DNA of 64,000 nt, taken from the NCBI RefSeq assembly GCF_009914755.1, contig NC_060927.1. The stretch is one strand, 5' to 3'. The translations under genes and the position numbers were made by a program. Below, piece after piece: positions 18,880-32,135 of this stretch. Source of the DNA: the human T2T-CHM13v2.0 reference genome, Homo sapiens. Under the pieces are notes generated by a model. The model was not told the DNA's origin. It was given only the letters and a program-made list of their open reading frames with translations, and did no database searches. Every line of letters begins with the position of its first letter. Position 1 is the stretch's first letter.

Positions 18880-20754
18880 CCATTCCTTACAGCAAGAAAA
18901 AAGGTTAAAAAAGAAAAACTAAAATCAACAGCTATTTTTGAACTCAACAGAGCTGAGTTTGCAGAGCAATCTAGCACCCTGAAGTATGAGAGGACAGATA
19001 AATCTAGATAAACACATTGTAGATCTACTGACCTGGAGACGAAGTTGCTGGATTCAGAAATACATGAGTGGTAATTTTGACAAGTTCCTGGAGGCTAAAT
19101 TAACTGGTGTTAGAGTGAGAAAGAATATTTAAAAACAAATGGTTTATGTAAGCAGAGAGATGGAAACTCTAAGAAAGAGTCAAAATGCAGTGCCAGAAGT
19201 CAAAACACTGTAGCAGAAATAAAGGATATCACTGATGGGATCATCAAAAGACTAGTACAGCCCAGAAAAGAATCAGTGAGCTCAAAGATATGTTAACAGA
19301 AATTTCCAAAATGTAAATGCAAGACAAAAAAGTAATAAGAACATTAAAACAGAACATAGTATTGATGATCTGTGGGGTAATTATAAAAAGTAACATATCT
19401 TAATTGGCAAAAGAGAAGAGAAATAAAGAACAGAATAAAATAATTATTTGAAGTAATAATGGCGGAGAACATTCCAAAATTGACAGATACCAAAAACCAA
19501 AAACAAAACCAAGGACAAACAAAACAAAAGAAACAAAAATAAACCTACAAGAAGCTCAGAGAACATTTACCAGAATAATAAAAAATTACACCTAGACATA
19601 TTATATTCAAACTGAAGAAAACCAAATACAAAGAGAAATATCTTCAAAGGAGCTAGGAAATAAATATACCTTACCCATAGTGGAACAAAGATACAATTGT
19701 ATCAGACTTCTCATAAACTAGGCAGGCAAGAAGAGTGGAATGGAACACAGAAAGTGATGAAAGAAAAAAAAATCTAGTATCCTTGAATCCAGCAAAATTA
19801 CCTTTCAAAAGTGAAGGAGAAATAAAGACTTTGTTAGACAAACAAGAACTGAGGGAAATCATCACCAGCAGACATTATTGCCTTGCAGTAAATGTTAAAA
19901 GAAGTTCCTCAGGAGGAAAGAAAGTGATATAGATCAGAAACTTGGATATAAATTTAAAAAGAAAGAGTTTTGGAGAAGGAACAGATGAAGGTAAAATTAA
20001 ATCTTTCATTATTTTTATTCATAATATAAAAGAGAACTGCTTAAGATAATAATAATAATATATTGGGTGATTATAGCACATTAATAAGTGAAATCAATGA
20101 CAGCAATGTCACGAGAGGGAAGACAGAAATTGAGAATACTCAGTTATAAGATACCTGTACTGTGTACTCATGAAGTGATACAGTATTATTGAGGTAGACT
20201 TGAGTAGTTAAAAAGGCATTGTTACAAACTCTAGCTCAACCTTCATATGTTTTAAGATATGTATAGTTAATATGTTATGAGAGAGGATAAAATAGAATCA
20301 TAAAATTCTTAATTAAAATTAGTGAATTCAGAAAAACAGAAGAAAAAACAGAGTACGATAAATAGAAAACAGTTACAAGCATGATAATAAAGCAACTATA
20401 TCACTAATTACTTTAAATATGTAAATATGAATGATCAAATTGTACCAAGTAAAGGACAGAGACTGTTAGACTGGATTTAAAAACAAACAAACAAACAAAC
20501 AAATAAAAAAAAAATCCCAAAGGCCCAATTATATGTTATCTGCAAGAAATCCACTTTAAGAATAGACTCAGATTGGTTAGACGTAAAGGGTCAATATACC
20601 ATGCTAAGGCAAATCAAAACACAACTAGAATAGTTATATTAATTTAGAAAACAAAATGACTTCAGAGGACTGAAACTTATCAGGAATAAAGAGGGGTTAG
20701 TGCTCTCAAAGACATAACAATTATTAATGACTATGCACCTAACAATGTACCATT
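18880..20754 (+). mobile_element. Old L1M (L1MC/MD-like) 5' region, ORF1 and start of ORF2, decayed
   Basis: gagatggaaactctaagaaag..aagaatcagtgagctcaaagata..aaaagtgaaggagaaataaagact (ORF 19735-19932 SEGEIKTLLDKQELRE), then EN-start text up to tatgcacctaacaa. Confidence 0.8.
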
Positions 20755-20772
20755 AGAAATCACACCACTTCA

Positions 20773-20940
20773 GGCCAGGCGCAGTGGCTCACTCCTGTAA
20801 TCCTAGCTCTCAGGGAGGCAGAGGCGGGAGGATAGCTTAAGGCCAGGAGTTCGAGACCTGCCTGGGCCATATAGCAAGACTCCGTTCTCCACAAAAGGCG
20901 GGGGGGGGAGACCAAAATAATAAAAAAAAAGGAAAAAGAA
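20773..20940 (+). pseudogene. BC200 (BCYRN1) RNA processed pseudogene, lacking the unique 3' C-rich domain
   Basis: Monomeric Alu domain with BC200-specific diagnostics (agctctcagggaggc, ggatagctt, gagacctgcctgggc, atatagc, ccgttctcca), then an A-rich domain. TSD agaaatcacaccacttca (20755-20772) / agaaatcacgccactgca (20941-20958). Confidence 0.88.
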
Positions 20941-20944
20941 AGAA

Positions 20945-21044
20945 ATCACGCCACTGCACTCCAGCCTGGGCAAGCGAGCAAGACTTTGTCTCAGAAAGAA
21001 AGAAAAAAAAAGAGAAAGAAAGAAAAAGAAATGAAAAGAAAAAA
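20945..21044 (+). mobile_element. 3' terminal Alu fragment with a GA-rich tail (target of the BC200 insertion)
   Basis: atcacgccactgcactccagcctgggc..gcaagactttgtctc followed by a (GAAA)-type tail. Confidence 0.85.
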
Positions 21045-21634
21045 TAGCAAGAATTACTTATTATGAAAGTTTCCTTGAATTCAATATAAGAATACAAGAA
21101 CTTGAAAAACTATCGATATTCTACTAGTAGTTGTAATGGAGCAGAATAAAATTAGACATGACTATGGTTAATAACTAACATTTTATGTCTCAATCAGTAT
21201 CAATATGCATCCAAATGTCTTGATACTTTTAGTTCCCTCTAGGCAAGGAACTTACCAATTATTTGAAAAATTTCATAACATAAAATACATGAGGGATTGA
21301 ATGCAAGTTTTTCCATGCACACATCGACATTCATCTATGTGTCACTATGGAGTACTTGTTAAACAAATGCTATTTGGCCTAATGGAATAGATGTTAATAT
21401 TAACAAAGGGTTGACTTGGACTGGAAAGTCAGGAATGGAAAAAGAGGGATAAAAGACCTTGCATTTTGAAGACAGGGGACTAAAGTAGAAGGATGCGGCC
21501 TCAAACTCTCTTGAGTACAATTGACTTGGACATATTTAAACCTCTTAGGACAGTATTTGAGTAATTTTTCAACTTTGATGAGATGACAGTGCAGAGAAAA
21601 AGTTTACTTTATCAACATAGAATAATTATTTTTT

Positions 21635-21954
<320 letters not shown>

Positions 21955-24479
21955 TAAGTCAATTAGTGGTGAACATAACCCCAGTGCTATAATAAGATGT
22001 GTTCATATTTTTTTATAAATAAAATGGGAACAAACCTTAGCTTCTAAGAAAAAGAGAGAAAATTATATATTTTCCAAACAAAAATTGCCTCCCCCCAACT
22101 GGTTTCCACTTCCAAATTTTTTCATGAATTGAACAAAGATACATTCTATCGAATATTTTTGTTTGGGGGATACTATTATCTCTATTTGATACTTTAAGAT
22201 TATTACAGAAAGTTTTATCTCTAATTTTCCTAAAAGATACAAGATAAAGAAACTTTTCAGATGTTTCATGTGTTCAGGAATCTGAAAGTAACAAATACAT
22301 TTTAAATTATTGTATTAAAGCTTTATTATAATACAAAGCTTATTATTATACAAGCTTATAAGCTTTAATATATTATACTATTACAGACTTTTAAATTTAT
22401 ACTTACACAAATAAAGCTGAGAATAGTGAAATATTACTTCATATTTAAAAACTTATTAACTATAAAATGTTTTAGGGAAATAAAAATTTATTTTGTGTTA
22501 CCTATTTTGGCTTAATAAAGTGAAATAATTTTGAATGTATTTACTGATGCAATCATATTAGAAATTTTAAAAATAAAATATGAATTGTAATGAATATTAA
22601 TGTTAATTATATCTTATCACCCACTAAATTTTGGTTGATGAACTGAAAGGATATATTTAAATATTGTCTTTCTTGGAGGATTAGAAAGAATGCAGTTGTT
22701 GACATTAAATCAGATGCAAATTTAATATCTTAGAATGTATTTTCTAGAGTAGCAGAGTCAGAAATTTGTATTCATGATTACCTATAAGGTTTCTAAAAAA
22801 GTAATACACAAAATGTTTTCCCCAGGACAGATACATATTCCTTAAGAATTACAAGTATTAAGAGAATTAAAATAATTACAAGAATTGTGAGTATTACAAT
22901 TATCCCATACAAACTTCTTACTATTTTGTTAACTGTAACATTAATTTGAAATATATATTTTTCTAATTTTACTATTACAAAATAACTATTAAGTTTATTT
23001 TTGAGAGATGAACATTCACTGAAAGTATGAGACATTTTATGTATAAATTGCATACAGTTAATCATCTGCAATCTAGTCTGTAGTTAAAGGACAATTATGA
23101 AACATTTCTGAGTGCTAATTTTAACTTTTAAGTACAATCACCAACTTTAGAAATAAGTCAATGTAAGAAATCAGTCAGAAAATGTCTTTTCATTTTTCTG
23201 GTTATCAATATTTTTTGCATCATTACTGTGAAAATAATAGTGATTTTAAAAGATATTATTATTGTTATAATAAAAATTCAGATAACATTCACAAGTACTA
23301 AATAAGCATGATTTAAATAGACATAATATATTTCAGGATGAAGCTAAATTTAAATGGTAAAGAGATGAATGATTTAAGTATCTCCCAAATATGTCTCTTA
23401 GGTTACCTTGTGTGACAAGGAAAATGAAGAAGAGAAAGATAAAGATAAAGAGAAGAAATCCCACATTTGCACACAGAGATTAAAATATTTTAGAATTGTT
23501 TGAAGCTTTACTGAGTTTTCCAGATAAAAGTTTACCAAAGAATCTTTGAAATGCTACATAAGTGCTTAGGAAAATAAGATGACTATAGTGACAAATAAAT
23601 GCAATGAATGCAATAATGAACAAATGAAAGGAAGAACATATATAGAGAGAAGATAAGAAAACAAAACACAGTCTTTTGAGGTATGAGAAAAACATAAGCA
23701 CATAAATAAACCAAAGAAGTAAAGCTCTCGGGTATTACAATGTTCTAGGATCTGGAAAAACAGAAGATTTTTACAAAGAGCATATGGTGAAACTATAAAA
23801 AACTTTGGAAAAGGATGAACAAGGCAACTGGTTTCAAATTTTTGGGATAATGGATGTTTTTAAAAATATATAGATTTCAATAGTTGTGGGGTTAAGGGTA
23901 TAAAGTAGAATGAAGAAACTGAAGAAACAGAAATGCAGATTATTCCTAAAGGATTGGCAATAAAATAAGAGAGTACATTTAAAGAAAATTATAGCTGAAT
24001 TAGGAGAGTTTGAACACATTTATAAACATAAATAAATAAATAAATACCAAAAGGAGTAAAAAACAAAAGGAATACTGAAGATCTAACAGAGAAAAGTCAT
24101 TGTGGAGACAAATGAGAAGACACAAGGGTGGATGAGAACTAAGAGGACAGTACCACTTTCTCCAAAAAAAAAGGTGGAAAGTAGTAGAGAACTTACAGAG
24201 TATTTGTACATGGAGAACACTCTTTGCAATAAGAATAGAAACATTCTCATGAGGCTAAAGTAGTAGACAAAAAGTTTTGCCATGAATTAATGGAAGTCAG
24301 ATGAAATTACCTTGCATTTGTTATAGTTCTTATCTCTGCATTTTGGGAGGATTGTAGTATGCTGGAGGAGATAATAGTGGATTGATTTAACTTAAGAATA
24401 CTGATATGTACAAGCTAGTGATTCCAGCATTTACTTTTACTCAACATTTTATGTAATGACTCCAGCTGCAACTAGAATG

Positions 24480-24944
24480 CCACTATACTGCAAATATTTG
24501 GTGTCCTCCCACAATCTCCTTTACCTGATTGGGATACTCATTCTCTAGTTGTTGTGAGGGTTGCCTTCTAATGCCCTCCTTCTCTAGAGAATTCCTCTTA
24601 GCAAATGGGAGACCCCTTCCCCAGAAGGTTGTATCCCACCTATCCACCAGAGAGTGAGCGCCCCATAACTAACCATCTCGGTGTACAAAAGGGTGGCATC
24701 CTTTCCTCAGGGGAAAGGGGCGGGTGCAACTCTGTAGTGCAACTTGTGCTTCAGATCTCTCTAGAGGACCAGGTTGAAGTTAATCTATTCAACTGGGACT
24801 ACATCCATGCTTAGTTCTCTTTTACTGCCTTATTTGGCTTTTTCAATTTTTGTTTCTCCCTGTCTCTCTGATGACAGCTCCCTGAGCAAATCACTTTTAC
24901 AAGAATTCTTGCCTCAGATTCGGTTTATAGAAAACCCTAATTGA
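24480..24944 (+). mobile_element. LTR16-family ERVL solo LTR
   Basis: gtacaaaagg..caactctgtagtgcaacttgtgcttcaga..aaatcactt..aagaattcttgcctcag..aaccctaa. Confidence 0.6.
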
Positions 24945-25311
<367 letters not shown>

Positions 25312-27502
25312 TTAATTCAATCTGTGTTCTATTCTGATCTTGAACAAGTAGCATAACTTATCTATATCTGCTTTCATTGTTAAGAAAGAGGCTAATTAGT
25401 TTTATTTTCAAACATATACCAAATGCAGAGCCATTTATCAATTTGGTGTTTGAAAAAGTAAAATATCCATAATCACCAATGTAATTTAAGCAGATAAATA
25501 TCAATGAAAGCACCTGAAGAATCTATTCTTTGGTTCCTCATACCTATGCCCCAAGAATTCTTTTGCACATCAAATTGCACTACCCCAAATTTCCTTTTAG
25601 AATTCACTCATCCTGTATCTTTACAAATCTCTCTATAGTTAAAGAAAGTGTTAATGAAAAGTAGTAGAAGATTTGAATGATAATGGTGTTTTGTAATCCC
25701 ATGGTTCATTATAAACAATGACTTTTCAACTATTGCCTTTTTTCTTTGAAAGGCGAGGATATTAGTAATTTCACACTTCTTTCTATATATGCTCTTTATC
25801 AGCTTCTGATCTTTGAAAACTACAGTGTAATTTGTATATTATAAGCATCTATTATATTCAATTATATTTTCTAACTTTAATTCTAATCTTTATCACTGTT
25901 CTCATATTTAAGTGAACCCAAATCTCACAGTGTTTTTTTTTTCCACATATCTCATTCCTGAGACCTCTTTGCCTTTGTCCTCTCCATAACTGACTGGATA
26001 ATTATTGTTAACCAATTTTCTTCAAGAAGCACTGGTAGGTATTATCTATCCTAAATTTGTACATATTCAAGGATATTTGGCTATTGGATTCATGTTTTAG
26101 TAACATATTATCTACTTACATAACAAAATTTGTTAAAATATATCAAACCTAGGGCAATGTGAAAATTTGAAAATTATAACTTTATGGCTGAATGAATTTG
26201 CACAATTTGAGCACTTCTATATAATCATTATCCAGATGAAGAAAAAGATCTTTAACAATCCAGAAGCCCCTCCTACACCCTACAATCAATAACCGTAACT
26301 TTCTTTCTGAAGATAAACACAATCGATTTAAAACACTATAGTTTTGCTTATTTTTGAATATTTTAAAACTGGAATCTTATGTCAGGTACTTTTTTGTGTC
26401 TATTTTGTTCTCAATATTATGTTTGTGAGATCTTCCCATACTGTTCATACAACAAATTTATTCTTTTTCTTTGCTCTACAGTGTTCCATTGCACGAACAT
26501 AATATAATTTAGTTAGCCATGCAACTGTCTTTGACTTTGTGTTGTTACCAGTTTGAGCTATTATGAATTGTGCAGCCAGAAATATTTTTGTATATGTCTT
26601 TTAGCAAACATGTGTAAACATTTCCATTGAGCAAGAGAAATGTTTGGTCATAGAGTATATGTAATATCCAGCTTTAGTTGATATGACTAAATAGTTTTCA
26701 AAATGGTCAAACCAATTTACTCTTACTTACATTGTATCTGAATTCAAAATTTAAAGTCTTTTTATTTTAGCAATTCTTGTAAGAGTACAACGATGTTTAA
26801 TTCTGTTTTTCATTTGTATTTACCTGATGTCTAATAAAATTTAGAAATCTTTTATATATTTATTGCATATCTTCTGTGAACTGCTCCTTTAGTAGTATTT
26901 TTCCCATTTTTAAAATTGTTTTTTTTTGTAATGACTTCTAGGAATTTATTTTTATATTTTCTGGATATAAGTTGTTCTTTAGAAAAATGTACTGCAAATA
27001 TCTTCTCCTACTGTCTGGCTTGTGTTTTAACTCTCTTAATGATAAAATTTGATGAGAAAAGGCTTAATCTTAAAATTCAATTTAACAATTATTTCCTTAA
27101 TTGTTTAAACAATTCATATCCTGTTTTAGACACTTTTATCTCCTTTATTATAATGAAGGTATTATATATCCTAGAAGATTTCATTTTACCTTCCACATTT
27201 AGAATCTATACCTCTCTGAAAATAACATGTATCATGTTAGGTGTGAGCCAACGTTCTTTCCCTCATAGGAGAAATATAATTCTCCTAAAATTAGTTACTG
27301 AAAAGGCCAGTATTTTGATAATTTTGTGAAGTTCTATATTTTGTTATAACTATCTATATATGTATGCACTACTTGATTTTTATTCCATATCATTGGTTTG
27401 TGTTTCATTTTGCACAAATATCCCACTGTCTTCATTATATCAAATATCTGATTTTTATACCCATTAGAGTAAATCCTCCAACTTTGCTCTTAAGATTGTC
27501 TT

Positions 27503-27795
27503 GGCTGGGCTTGGTGGATCACGCCTGTATTCCTGCACATTGAGATGCCAAGGAGGTCAAGAGTTCATGACCAGCCTGACCAACATGGTGAAACCCCATC
27601 TCTACTAAAAATACAAAAACAAAATTGCCAGGTGTGATGGCACTCACCTGTAATCTCAGCTACTAGGGAGGCTGAGGCAGGAGAATTGCTTGGACCCAGG
27701 AGGCAGAGGTTTCAGTGAGGTGAGAACACACCACCGCACTCCAGGCTGGGTGACAGAGCAAGACATCATCTCAATAAATAAATAAATAAATAAAA
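27503..27795 (+). mobile_element. AluS with a small left-arm deletion
   Basis: Dimer with an (AAAT)n tail; TSD agattgtctt (27493-27502) / agattgtcct (27809-27818). Confidence 0.92.
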
Positions 27796-29570
27796 TATGT
27801 ATATAGAGAGATTGTCCTTGCTATTGTTAGACTTTTGTTCACCATTTATATTTCTCAGTAATAAACTGCAGAATTCTTGCATAAACTTTTATAGACATAT
27901 TTTAGATAATGCCTTTGATGCTATTGTAAATGCAATACTTAAAATTTTATTTTCTAATTATTTATTGCAAGTTTTTCTTATGATTTCCTCATTATTGTGA
28001 CTTTCCTTATGTCTGTCTGTATGTATGTACTTGTGTAAAGTACACAAATATGTATTTTCTACAAATCCAATACAGTAATTGATTTTGTTTCCTTCACATT
28101 TATCTTATAATTTATTTTGTATTTTGCACAATAATCTACAGTGCAATGCTGAATAAAAGTAGTGAAAAAGGACATCCCTGACTTTTTTAAAAAACATAGC
28201 AGAAAACACTTTAGCGTTTTCCCATTAAATGTGCTTGTTTAGAATATTTCTGCATATTTTTCGTCATATTTAGGAAGTTCCCATTCATTAAAATTGGATA
28301 AATATCTACATTTAATAATGTTTATTATAATTGAATGTAATTATATTCATCCATTTCTCATGATTAGAAAACTTGCATTCCTGGAATAGTCACATCATAA
28401 TTGTGTTTTTTATCCTATATGCACATATTATTGGCTCCATTTTGCTACCTTTTTAAGTGGATTATCTCATCATGTTCACAAGACATATTAGCCTTTAATG
28501 TTTCCTTGTAATATCCTTGACAGGTATTGGTTTTAAATGTAATCTGGATTAACAAAATTTGAAGAATTATTTTCTCCTTTTGTTAATCTCTGAGAAAACA
28601 AATATTTTTAAATATTCCCAGGGAAGCTATCTCAGCATTAAATTAATTTATTAGAATGTACAACTACTTCATGTACTTTTCATAGACTGTATTTGGCAGC
28701 TGACTGCAGTGTTCTACATGTGTCAAGTCCAATTTTTCATTTACTTTGTCCAACTATGTTTTGGCAGATTTTTAGCTCTATTTTTCAGTTTTTGAGAATG
28801 CTTTATTCAAATTTCTAATATGATGTTGTATTTGTCAATTTTTCCTTTATGTCTGTCATGTTTTAAAATAAATATTTAAACTCTATGTCACTAAGTACAT
28901 AAAAATTAGGATTTTTATTTACATAGTGGATTGGATATTTTATTATTCCAAGATAACTATCTGAAGTAGTGCTCTTGACTCAAAAATCTTCATGTTCTGA
29001 CATGAATATAACAGTTTTCTTTTGTCACTGTTTAAATGGTTTACAATTTCCATGTATTTATTTCCAACCTTTCTGCTTTCTTATATTTAAAATGCGTCTC
29101 TATAGTAAGCAACATTTTAAAAAATCAAATTTTATAACCCTTTTATTATTGTCAACAAGTTTATTCAAATCTAAATGTCAGTCTTAGATTTATATTTGTC
29201 CCAGCTGTTCTGTGTTCATTTTATTACTATTTAAAAAATATATATTCTAAATATTTTATCTGTATTAACTTTTTAGTTATAAATTATTTTACCATTATTT
29301 TAGTGAGTAGTCCAGAAATGAAAATGTACACTGACTTATGAAAGCCTAATATCAATATTCACTTTTGCCATTTCCCAGAAAATACAAGAACCTGAAATAT
29401 TTTATGTGTATTAGTTCTCTGCTTTCATACAGTTTTGCTATGTATTTTAAGACAGTATATATTTCTTAAGTCTCATAAGGATAGTGTTTAACCTGGATTT
29501 ATATATTTTAGTTTTTAATGTTATTTATTTCTTCCTGCACCACCATGCTCTTTCATTTGCTATCATTTTC

Positions 29571-29864
29571 GGGTGTTTCTTTGTTTTTTTTTTGAGACAG
29601 AGTCTCGCTCTGTTGCCCAGGCTGGGGAGCAGAGGCGCGCGCGCAAGCTCCACCTCCCGGATTCACACCAGTCTCCTGCCTCAGCCTCCCGAGTAGCTGG
29701 GAATACAGGCACCCGCCACCACGCCCAGCTAATTTTTTGTATTTTTAGTAGAGACGGGGTCTCACTCTGTTAGCCAGGATGGTCTCGATCTCCTCACCTC
29801 GTGATCTGCCCGCCTCAGCCTCCCAAAGTGCTGGGATTACAGGCATGAGTCACCGTGCCCGGCC
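29571..29864 (-). mobile_element. AluY
   Basis: AluY diagnostics (gcaagctcc, gttagccaggatggtctcgatctcc, cctcgtgatc); 18-bp TSD tcatttgctatcattttc (29553-29570) / tcaattgctatcattttc (29865-29882). Confidence 0.93.
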
Positions 29865-31285
29865 TCAATTGCTATCATTTTCTGTTTGACTAAAACCACT
29901 TTACAGAATGTTTTATTCTGGGATTTTTATATGTCTTTTTTTAAAATATTATTTGTGGGCTAAGGATTTTATATTGATTCTTATTGTTTTTACAGAATTT
30001 TAGAAAAATCTATATTTTCAAATTTTCTTTTGTAATGATGGTATTCATTTTTTTATTTTATTTAAAAGTAGTATGTACCACCTTCTTTCTGCTTTCTGTA
30101 TTTCTTCTGTGCCTACAAATGTAGTTTTCTTTGTATTTCTCTCACTTGGAGTTTGTAGTGGTTCTGGAATCTGTGGCATTTTCATCAGAGTGAAAAGTCT
30201 CCCCTCAGATATTAGCTCCTCTAATATTCCTTCTATCCCATTCTTCTTCCTTCCTTTTCTGGGAATCCTATAAGCTTTTCATTGTTTTCTAAAAGTTTTT
30301 TCCTATATTTTCAACTTAAAAATAAATATCTGTTCTTTAGACTTGGGAAGTTCTTCTGATCAATCTCTCATTTCCTTAGGTGTATCTAATCAATGAAAAT
30401 CATCTAATATATTTATTGTGTGTTTTATTTATAGAATTTCATTTTATCTTTTATTTTATAATTTTCAGTTCTATATTGATACTCTTCTTCTTTTGTAAGT
30501 TCTTGACATATTAAGCATAGTCATTTAAAACTCCACATCTGATAACAACAGTGCTTGTATTTCTTGTGACCATGCATCTCTGCCTTTTGTCTTTTAATTT
30601 TAATTAATTCATACTTTTACTCACTTTAATATTTTTATTGGATCCTGGATATATGTATAAAAACTTACGAATAAAATTTTAGGCTCTTAATGATATTATT
30701 TTCCTCCAGAGAGGATTAACTTTTCTTCTATCAAATACTAAGTGTAAGGAATTGAGCTGCTTTTGTGTAAGTCTTTAGCTTTAGTGAGGACTTTCATGTA
30801 GTTCACTCTTTAATCATTTGACCTATGGCAGTCTGAGAGCCACTGAAGGCCATCAACTGGTGGAAGGCCATCAACTCTGTATATTTGTTCTTCATCCCTT
30901 AAACTGCTCACTGCTTTGCTTGTTTTCTTGCCTTATCAACTATTGCTTGTTGATCAGTTTCTGTCTCTAAGACATGGTTGTAGAAATAGCAAATGCCTCA
31001 AGGAACAAATAAACAAGAAATGTCATGTTTCACTCTGTAGACTTTGTTTCTGTCCAATATGTTATTTTAGAATGTACCTTCTGTTCCATTAGTTGGGTTT
31101 CTCTTATTCAGGAATACCAGTAATGCTTTGTTAGTTCCTTTTTATCTAGCTTCCTTTTCAACTCGTTCCTCTCTACTTGCTTCGCTCTGTCTCTTTATTA
31201 TGTTTCTTTGAGTCATCAATTCAATTTTCAAAAATGTCCTTTCAATTTCCCAACGTTTTAAAATTTTTTTTTTAATTATAATGAT

Positions 31286-31336
31286 GCAGGTGCAATGGCT
31301 CACACTTGTAATCCTAGCACTTTCACAGGCTGAGGC
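31286..31336 (+). mobile_element. Alu 5' fragment (about 50 bp)
   Basis: gcaggtgcaatggctcacacttgtaatcctagcacttt..ggctgaggc. Confidence 0.75.
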
Positions 31337-31709
31337 TTTCCTCTATGATAAAATCATATTGTATTTTTTTCTATGGTATTTTTGAACATGATTGCTCTTT
31401 TCTCCTTGCTACTTGTTTCTACATGTAAAGTATAATCTTTGTTTTTTGGTGGTGGGCTGCTCATATCTGATTAAATGAGGTTTCATGTTAAATAATACTC
31501 TAGATATGGCTTTGACTGCAAAACTGATTTTTTAAATTATGAAACATAAAAGAAGAACAGATTTTTAATGAACCTAAATAAACAACTGTACTTCATATAA
31601 GGTAACTCAGTGGAATATTTGTTTACATGATTTGAATATTCTTTGATTCAGGGAGAATTTGACACTGTGTAAAAAGGATTTACATCAGTTTACATAGAAT
31701 GGTACACTA

Positions 31710-32135
31710 CAGTTTTTCTCAAGCTTTTTGGTATTCACATAACTTTGTAATTTTAAATATTTTTGAAAAATCCAAAGAGTTTTCGTTTATATGGGATAAA
31801 TTTATCAATATGTATAATATTAAATAATAAACCTAATAAACATAAACATAAATATTTATGTAAAGAAAACTGTTACCCAAAACAAAAGTACAGTACAATG
31901 AGTAGAACTGTTTTATTAATTTTGAGAATTTGTTTGTACACCTTAATAGAAAACAACTGAATTTTCCTATCTATTGCAATATCACATGTTGCATATAGCT
32001 TTTGGAAAACTTTCCTGCACAGCTGTTGAGAGAATGAAAGTGAAAAATAACATATTATTTAAATAACATATTATTATGAAAATAGTTTTGACTTTGAAGA
32101 CATTCTGAAAGTATCTCTAAGACCTCTGATGGTTT
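31710..32135. mobile_element. hAT-Charlie DNA transposon relic (Charlie4/MER80-like)
   Basis: cagtttttctcaagctttttgg..ccaaagagttttcgtttatatggg..ttggaaaact..gagagaatgaaagtgaaaa..tattatgaaaatagttttgac. Confidence 0.7.

Larger units (their letters stand above)
26100..30720 (-). mobile_element. Long decayed L1ME-type element, interrupted by two Alus
   Basis: Antisense L1ME 3'UTR text (ccagaagcccc..ggaatcttatg..attatgtttgtgagat) followed by ORF2- and ORF1-like T-rich text (aatgctgaataaaagtagtga..ggacatccctgac; ggaagttccc). Boundaries are approximate. Confidence 0.7.

Noticed and set aside
18451-19011. 186-aa plus-strand ORF crossing the L1 5' junction
   Set aside because: It is antisense 5'UTR sequence reading into AT-rich flank from a non-ATG start in the track, with no domain similarity; probably chance.
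22310-22375. Clustered aagctt/tataat quasi-palindromes
   Set aside because: Low-complexity AT-rich micro-duplications with no terminal repeats, TSD or other supporting structure.
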